Translations under genes and position numbers: made by a program
In this document: positions 57,152 to 64,000 of the stretch, piece by piece
How the letters are laid out: each line of letters begins with the position of its first letter
How positions within the stretch are numbered: position 1 is the first letter of the stretch
NCBI RefSeq assembly: GCF_000281045.1
Contig: NW_008246086.1
Coordinates: forward strand, 427,793-491,792
DNA length: 64,000 bases
Source of the DNA: Saprolegnia diclina VS20
Lineage: Eukaryota
Reading direction: 5' to 3'
Notes under the pieces: generated by a model
Databases searched by the model: none
Told to the model about the DNA's origin: nothing
What the model saw: only the letters and a program-made list of their open reading frames with translations

Positions 57152-57794
57152 CGTGATCTCCGCGACTGGCCCTCTCCCAAGCGAATAAAATTATTGAATA
57201 TTATTGCACCGCCGTTACACAGGATACGCCATTTTATATTACTCGCAGCGTCGAACGCCATCAGATTTCCGACGTGGCGGCCGGCGTCGTCGCGCTCGCA
57301 GGCAGACCTCGCCTGGTCATGGCCATGGCTATGGCCATGCCAGCGCCTTGGCAGCGACCGTATGAGCCTCATGAAAGGCTCCTCGCTCGCAGGCCAAGTG
57401 GCCATCGACGAATGGAACGACCAACGAACGTGGCTTTAGCCCGGCTCTTCAGGGCCGCGATCTTTGCACGGATCGCAGTGTACCTTGTGGCATGCGCGAC
57501 GTCTGGCGAGGACGAGCGAGCGCGCTCAGGAAGCGCCAGACGATCGGTGTGGTAGAGAGCTCCATTGCGCAGAGAGCGCGCCGTTGACGATGATGATCTC
57601 GGCACGACGAGCGAGCAGAAGTGATTCCGGCAACGCGGTGCGTCGGATGCTGGCGCAGCAGCATGCATGGTTCCATGGACGGTCAGCCACGAGCACAAGC
57701 ATGGAGGCAAAACAACGCTTGGTCATGTAGCTGCAAGGGAGGAGCGGTGGTATTCAATGGCATTACATATCAGCGATTGTGTCGGGACAAGCGC

Positions 57795-59026
57795 CTAGTC
57801 TTCGTACATCCACTTGTTGCGGATGCGGTGGCGCTTGCGCTTCTTCTCCGCGTTGACCTTCTTCCAGTCGACGTTCTTCTTCTGGAGCGCTTCCTTCATG
57901 CGCTTGGCCTCCGCACGGTTGGCCTCAAAGGCCGTCATGTCGAAGAAGTTGCTCATTTGGCGCCCGGCCTTGTCGCTCGGTACGCCGGCCTTGGCCCAGT
58001 AGTCGTTGTCGAGGCCCGCGCTCGCAAACCGCCCGCTCACGAGGCTCATGCCGGCCGTCGACGAGTAGTCATACCCCACACGCGACGCAATCGACGCGTT
58101 CGCCGCCGCCGCTTGCGCATCCACCGGGACCCAGTCCGCGTTCTACAGCAAGCGTGTGAGTGCACATCATATGCGAACGTAATACCACATACGCCGGCCG
58201 CGATGCCGCCTTCGGTCGGGACCTCCCACTGCGTCGTGCCCGTCTCCGAGTCGTGGTAGTAGTAGCGCTGCGTGTTGGTATCGTAGTGCTGCTGCCAGCG
58301 CGCCGTGTTGCCCGACGCCCCGACGTTGCCAAGGATCGAGTTGAGGCGGTTGACCGGGTCGTTTGCACTCGCCACTGGCGCCGACGTCGTCGGTGCGGTT
58401 GCCGTCGCCGCCGACTGCGCCTTGGCCGCCGACGAGTTGGCAGCAGCGGCCGCTGCCTTGTTCATCCATTCTTGGTACTTGGCGCTGCCCGAGACGACCT
58501 CGGTGCTCGCAATCGCGGACCCGTCCTTGATCACACCGTCGACGGGCTCTTCCCACGTCGTTTCCTTGGTGTGCACGTTGAAGAAGTACGGCTTGTTGGA
58601 CGTCGCGTCGATGTACCGGTAGTAGTCGGGTGCCTTCTCATCAGCGACGGGCGTCGGCTTGGGCGCATCCGCGATCGCGCCAAAGGCGTACTCTTCCTCG
58701 ATGTTTTCGTCCTCTTCTTCGTCGTCGTCTTCGCCTTGGTCGGACGTGTAGAACGTCGGCGCCTCCCACTGCGTCTTGCCCGAGTTCATGTCCGAGTAGT
58801 ATGGCTTCTGGGTCGTCGGGTCAATGTACTTGACCCAGAGGCAGCCATCGTCGTCCTCGATGGCCTCGGCCTTGCGCTTCTTCCCGCTCTCGCCGTCGCC
58901 GCCAGCTTTCGCCGCAAAGTCCTTGGGCTCATCCCACGTCGTCTCGCCCGTCGTCTCGTTGAAGTAGTACGCCTTGTTCGAGTCTTCATCCACGTGGCGG
59001 ACCCATGCGCTCGTCGGCGGGCTCAT
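57795..59026 (-). CDS. Four-WW-domain protein with basic C-terminal tail (1 intron ~58144-58192)
   Basis: Four W/Y..x..YY.N/D..T..T.W..P units (e.g. WVRHVDEDSNKAYYFNETTGETTWDEP); tail RQMSNFFD...KKRKRHRIRNKWMYED. Confidence 0.85.
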
Positions 59027-60267
59027 TCTGGACCGCGGAATCCTTCTTTCGGTCACTGGCTGTGGGTTTGGTGGATCCCGCTAAAGTGCGTCCTTCGACT
59101 TTTTTCACGCCTCCTTAGCCACCCGCCGACTGCAACCAGGTGGAACATGCAGACCTTGAAGGTGTATGATGTAAGCGCTGCGTCACTTGGGTCCATGCGT
59201 CTGTCTGCGCGCGGTGAATGCACGCACTTCTGCCTCTGTACAGCGCCGTCAGGCACGCGCGCTTCCTCACCGAACAAAAATTTGCACGCATAAAACAGGC
59301 AGCCCGATCGCGCAAGCAGCGCCATGAGGCATGTCTCCTTGTAGCGTCACCTCTCTACTGCACTCGCATTCAAGACCGTAGTGCATCGACAGTCCATGCC
59401 GCGGGACGTAGTGGACACTCGTGATGAGCTACTAATGCCTTGGGTATGCAGCCGCAAGTAGCAAGCACGCGCCATACGGCTGCGCCGTGGAGCATACCGG
59501 TAACAGTCGTCGTCGCTCCCACGAGGCATGTCATCGGTCGATAGGTTTTCCCAACGACGTGCACGACGTTGAAAAGGCTCGGGCATCGGGGGCCTTGATC
59601 GTGCGGGTAAAATGCCAGCTAAAGATGCGTGCGTTCAGCCATTCGAATAAAGACGCGGCGCCAACACACTTGAAGTTTGTATGCAACTGCAAAGTCCGGC
59701 GTGGCGCGTTTCTCTGTACAGTCTGTCAATGACACGACAGCTTGTGCAGATCATGGGTGCGCATGGCGGCGCGTCGCCGTCCCGTCCTACGCTCGTTCGC
59801 TGCGGCTTTGTCGATCTTGGGGCGTCATCATCATACTGCGTGGCGGTGCCCTGTACATGCTGGAAGTTGAACCGGCCAAGTCGTCGTCTCTGCGTCGTTC
59901 CCAAGTGGGCTACTCGAGCAGCACATCCTCAACAGCAGACGCAGTGGTGCAGGGAACGTTTGGTAAACAGCCCTCCCGCATCTCGCAACACATGTGCTCA
60001 AGAGTGGCATGATGCAATGTATATCGTCGTCGCCATTTCGTTCGGCTCTGGACGGGAAGCTCGGCGCGGGGGCTACCTCCTAGTACGTGTAGGGGTCTGC
60101 GCGAGGTCCATACACTGTCACCACATACACTCGAGCTTGAACTTGGTCGTTCATCTCCACCACGACCAACACAGTGCAGGAGACATGTCAGACGTGGGCA
60201 GGAATAAATTAGCAAACGTGGAGATCGAATAGAGCAAAAAGGGCACGGACAGCGACGACGACGACGG

Positions 60268-60675
60268 CTAGTGGGAGGACCACGTACTCGGCGACCCGAG
60301 CATTTCAAACTCGGCCGAGTCTTCCGTGAGTTCCATGGACGTAAGGAGAATGTCAAAGTCGATCTGGGAGAGCGGTGGCAGCTCTTCCGTTGCGCCGTTC
60401 GCAGCAAAGGCTATGGGCTCGAGGTCGAGGCTCGCCGAGCGCTGGAGGACCTTGGCCTTCTCAATGAGCTCACAGTATGCCAGCACGTCTTTGGGCCGCG
60501 TCGACGGCGACCGCTGGTCGAGCGACTTGCGCTTGAGCACGTAGAGCTGTTGCATCGCGTTGGCCTTTTCGCGGTGGTATTCGCACAGGTTGTGCAGCGA
60601 CCCGTTCTTCTTGCTCGACCGCGCGTTCATGCACGGCTTGTTCGGGTACTTGCAGAGGCTCGGATTCGGCTCCAT
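60268..60675 (-). CDS. Small protein with C-x6-C-x15-C-x2-H putative zinc-binding basic domain
   Basis: CKYPNKPCMNARSSKKNGSLHNLCEYHREKANAMQ followed by an acidic tail; a clean INR/FPR lies immediately upstream. Confidence 0.75.
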   Translation of the reverse strand: MEPNPSLCKYPNKPCMNARSSKKNGSLHNLCEYHREKANAMQQLYVLKRKSLDQRSPSTRPKDVLAYCELIEKAKVLQRSASLDLEPIAFAANGATEELPPLSQIDFDILLTSMELTEDSAEFEMLGSPSTWSSH

Positions 60676-60679
60676 TGCT

Positions 60680-60696
60680 GGAAAATTGAAAAGTGA
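60680..60696 (-). promoter_or_regulatory. Oomycete INR+FPR core promoter
   Basis: Minus strand reads TCACTTTTCAATTTTCC, then AGCA, then the ATG at 60675; it fits YCAYTYYNCAWTTTNC. Confidence 0.7.
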
Positions 60697-61449
60697 CAGC
60701 TGTACTACCCATTTTGTGTAGAGAGGAGGAGGAGCATCGTCGTCGTCGTCGTCGTCTCCCGGTGTACCTTGTGTTTTATTGCTACTCCAGCTGCTGAATC
60801 AGGCGCCGTCAATGAGCGCCAACCCAAACTGGTGTCCTTCTGTCCAACCTGCGCTGCGATTGGTGCAAATGGAATCACCGCACCTTGTGATTGGCTACTC
60901 GCGGCGCTCGCCGCAGGCACCAGGACGTGACAAGGGACTCATCATGCATGATGCGCAGGCGGTGACCGCGCCAGGCGCACTGCGTGGCTCTCCGCCACGT
61001 CTGCATCTCACCAAGTGCGATGGAGTAGGACGACGACGACATACTGAGCACTGGCGCGTCCCACACTTCAACATGACTGTGTAGACAGGCCACACCAGTG
61101 CGCTAGGCGCACGCACCTCAACGCCTCAAGTATGCATCGCTCCAAGCCCCGTGTGCACGCCTCGGTGGACGCTTGGCGGGGACACAGAGGTGGCCGGCTA
61201 TAAAGACGCGTGGGATTAGACAAGACGCGACTTGGGAGCGATGCAGTGTGGGACCGATCGCCGCGCACCTGCGCTGCCACGTGACACGGAGGAATTTGTG
61301 GCTGCAAACGCTCGTGACGAGCCGTGCGTCATCTTGAAGCGCGCTATGCACGAGCGCCATCTCTACCCGCACGAGTAGCTTTGCGCAAGAGAAGAGTACG
61401 CACGAGTTCAAAGTTGGATCTGGGTAGCTTGCATACCAGTGCTCTATAT

Positions 61450-62604
61450 CTACAACCGCAGCTTCTTCTTGGTCGGCTTGGCTGCATCCGCTTGGTTGCG
61501 CTTCTTGCCCTTGTCCGACATGCGCTTGGCAAGGCTCGCCTTGCCTTCCTCCACCTTGTTCCAGTACTGCCCCGTCGTCGTGCGGAAGCTGGCCTTGGGC
61601 GCGCCCGTGTCCAACTCGACGAGCACCATACGGTTGCCAACCTGTACAACACGTGCACGTCAGCTGCGACCGATCACATGGCAGCAAAGGACTGCACCTT
61701 CATGCCACTCTTCTTCGTGGCGGCGACGGCTTCGGCTTCGGTCTCAAACTCAACGTACCCAAATCCCTTTGAATTTTTCGTGTGGTTCCACACGGGCAGA
61801 CGCACGCTAATGATCGTGCCGCAGGACCTATGGAGAAATGGTTTTTGAGTTGCGCGAGGCTAGCACGAAGTGTGTACTCGAAGGCCTCCTTGACTTCGGC
61901 GTCCGTGATCTCGTACGGCAGCTGCTTGACAAAGACCGTCCGGCAGCCCTTGATGGCCTTTGTCGACTTGGACTTGGTCATGACCGCTTCGAGCGTGCGA
62001 GGCGTCTCGGCGGGGCGGACGCTTAAGTAGCTACATGCACGCTGCATGAGTCCTCGACCGCCTTCGCATGCGAGTAGTACCGCTTCATCATGTACTGGCC
62101 GTCCATGGCCAGCGCCTTCTTGGCGGCCTTGTCCGAGTCGAAGACGATGTGCGCGTACCCACGCGGCTTGCCCGAGTCCTGATACCTAATGCATCTCCAT
62201 CAGCACTATAGGCGAAGAAGCGTGTGGCGTACCGGGGCATGCGCACTTCCTTGACTGCGCCGCAGGCCGAAAAGTGCGACACGAGCGCGCTCTCGTCGGC
62301 GTCGTACGAGATGCCCTCGACGTACACCGTTGCCTTGGTCTTCTCCTTGGCAGCTTGCTTGAGCTCGCTCGCATGGTCGTCCTGCGCAGCGCTACGGCGG
62401 CGTGAGCCACGATGGCGTAAAATGGAGGGACTACCTCTCAGTGTCCTGAACGGCGGTGGCATCCTCGTCGTCGTCGTCCGAGTCGCTGGCCTCCGAGTCT
62501 GATGCCGCTAGCACGGCCTCTTTGACCTGCTTGGGCTTGGGCTTGAAGAAGGCCTTCTCGGTCTCGTCGTCGCTGCTGCTGTAGTCGCTCTCGTCGCTCG
62601 ACAT
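61450..62604 (-). CDS. Two-RRM RNA-binding protein with acidic N-terminus (nucleolar/nucleolin-like), multi-exon
   Basis: MSSDESDYSSSDDE; RRM1 VYVEGISY..KPRGYAHIVF; RRM2 VFVKQLPY..NSKGFGYVEF; basic C-terminus KPTKKKLRL ending at stop 61450-61452. Confidence 0.85.
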
Positions 62605-63598
62605 GGCTCGATGCGGTGCTGTGTGATGTGTTCAACTCGCCAACCGAACCAATCTATTGGTGCTGTTTAAAACATGTTGTCAACACCAATGTGGAATGGT
62701 TTAAAACGAAACGCAGCGCTGCGGCGGGACATTCGGCACGGTTCGCCAGAGGTGCCGAGAGGCGTGACGTCGTGGCGTGGCCGCAGTATACCGTCGACGA
62801 CAGCAGTAGCTCCGCGGCGATGCAGATAACCTCTGCCATCCAATGTCATTGCACCCAGTGGCAAAGCAAGCTTTCGACCATGCGATGCACCGTGGCTTTG
62901 TGCCATCAACACTCGAATCTTGGACAGCCCACGGTTCCTTGAACTCGGTACAGTATGCGTCGGACACACTACCCATCGTACGATGGTGGTGCGTGACGCG
63001 GCGACGGTGGCGCGGTGGCTACTGCCACCTCGTCAACGCAATTGCGCTTGTCGCGGTGCGCGTTGCACGGACCGGTATAGCCGCCTACAATGCGGCTTCC
63101 AACGCCAAACGCGAGAGGTACCGCTTGCACAGCGTTGGCAGGTCGGGTCACATCCTCACCGTCGCTGTGTGGCATCTTGGTGCCTGGCGAAGCGTGCTGA
63201 TGTCGCCGCCGACCGCAAACGTGTTTAAAACACTGTTGGAAACACATTCGGACCAATCACGGGCAGCGGGGCCAATAATTGGAGGGGAATCGGAGGTCCC
63301 AGTCAAGTGCGAGGCAACCACCGCACTTGATCGAGGGTGGTCGTGCCCCGTGTATTTTAATGAATTGATTTTAATGAAGCTTGGGCATTGTATGTAAAAG
63401 TTTGAAAAGAGATAAAATACGTGGGGCCCTGAGACAGCGCGCAAGGAGGGGTCAGCAAGAGGCAGGCGATGACGCCGCCGCTAAAGCGAGGGAAGTGCCC
63501 ATTTGCATAATAATATTGCGGATTTTGGACGGCGCGTCCCATCATAAAAATGCACAAAATCCACATCACACTCGATATTTGTATGAAAAGGGAGCTAG

Positions 63599-64000
<402 letters not shown>

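Noticed and set aside
59100..60250. Several short ORFs between the WW gene and the C3H gene
   Set aside because: Stop-interrupted, with no motifs or coherent exon structure.

Overview
Gene-dense, GC-rich eukaryotic DNA with many short (~40-60 nt) GT-AG introns. It is almost certainly an oomycete of the Saprolegniales (Saprolegnia-like), judged from an MIT-domain chitin synthase, a GPCR-kinase fusion and oomycete INR/FPR-type core promoters. About 20 protein genes can be supported: MscS channel, TRAPPC11, PH-PH-TBC protein, mitochondrial carrier, PP1, Aha1-N protein, GPCR-TKL, PX-AGC kinase, Chlamydia-type TGT, chitin synthase, presenilin, aconitase, TMEM107 (not represented in the ORF track), Ank-PDZ, WW, C3H-type small protein, RRM protein and the 5' part of dihydrolipoamide dehydrogenase. 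The main highlight is that separate ORFs at 35.0-55.1 kb splice in frame into one ~6,570-aa secreted protein. It is built from bacterial-adhesin-like (cadherin/Ig-like) repeats and two ELWxxDGT propeller clusters, each carrying the same Cys-rich insert. A second highlight is a recurring, often inverted-pair TCCGGATAC motif, usually ~25-120 nt upstream of start codons. One N-gap (25169-25322) lies in a degenerate, gene-poor stretch. All calls are by eye from motifs; no searches were run.
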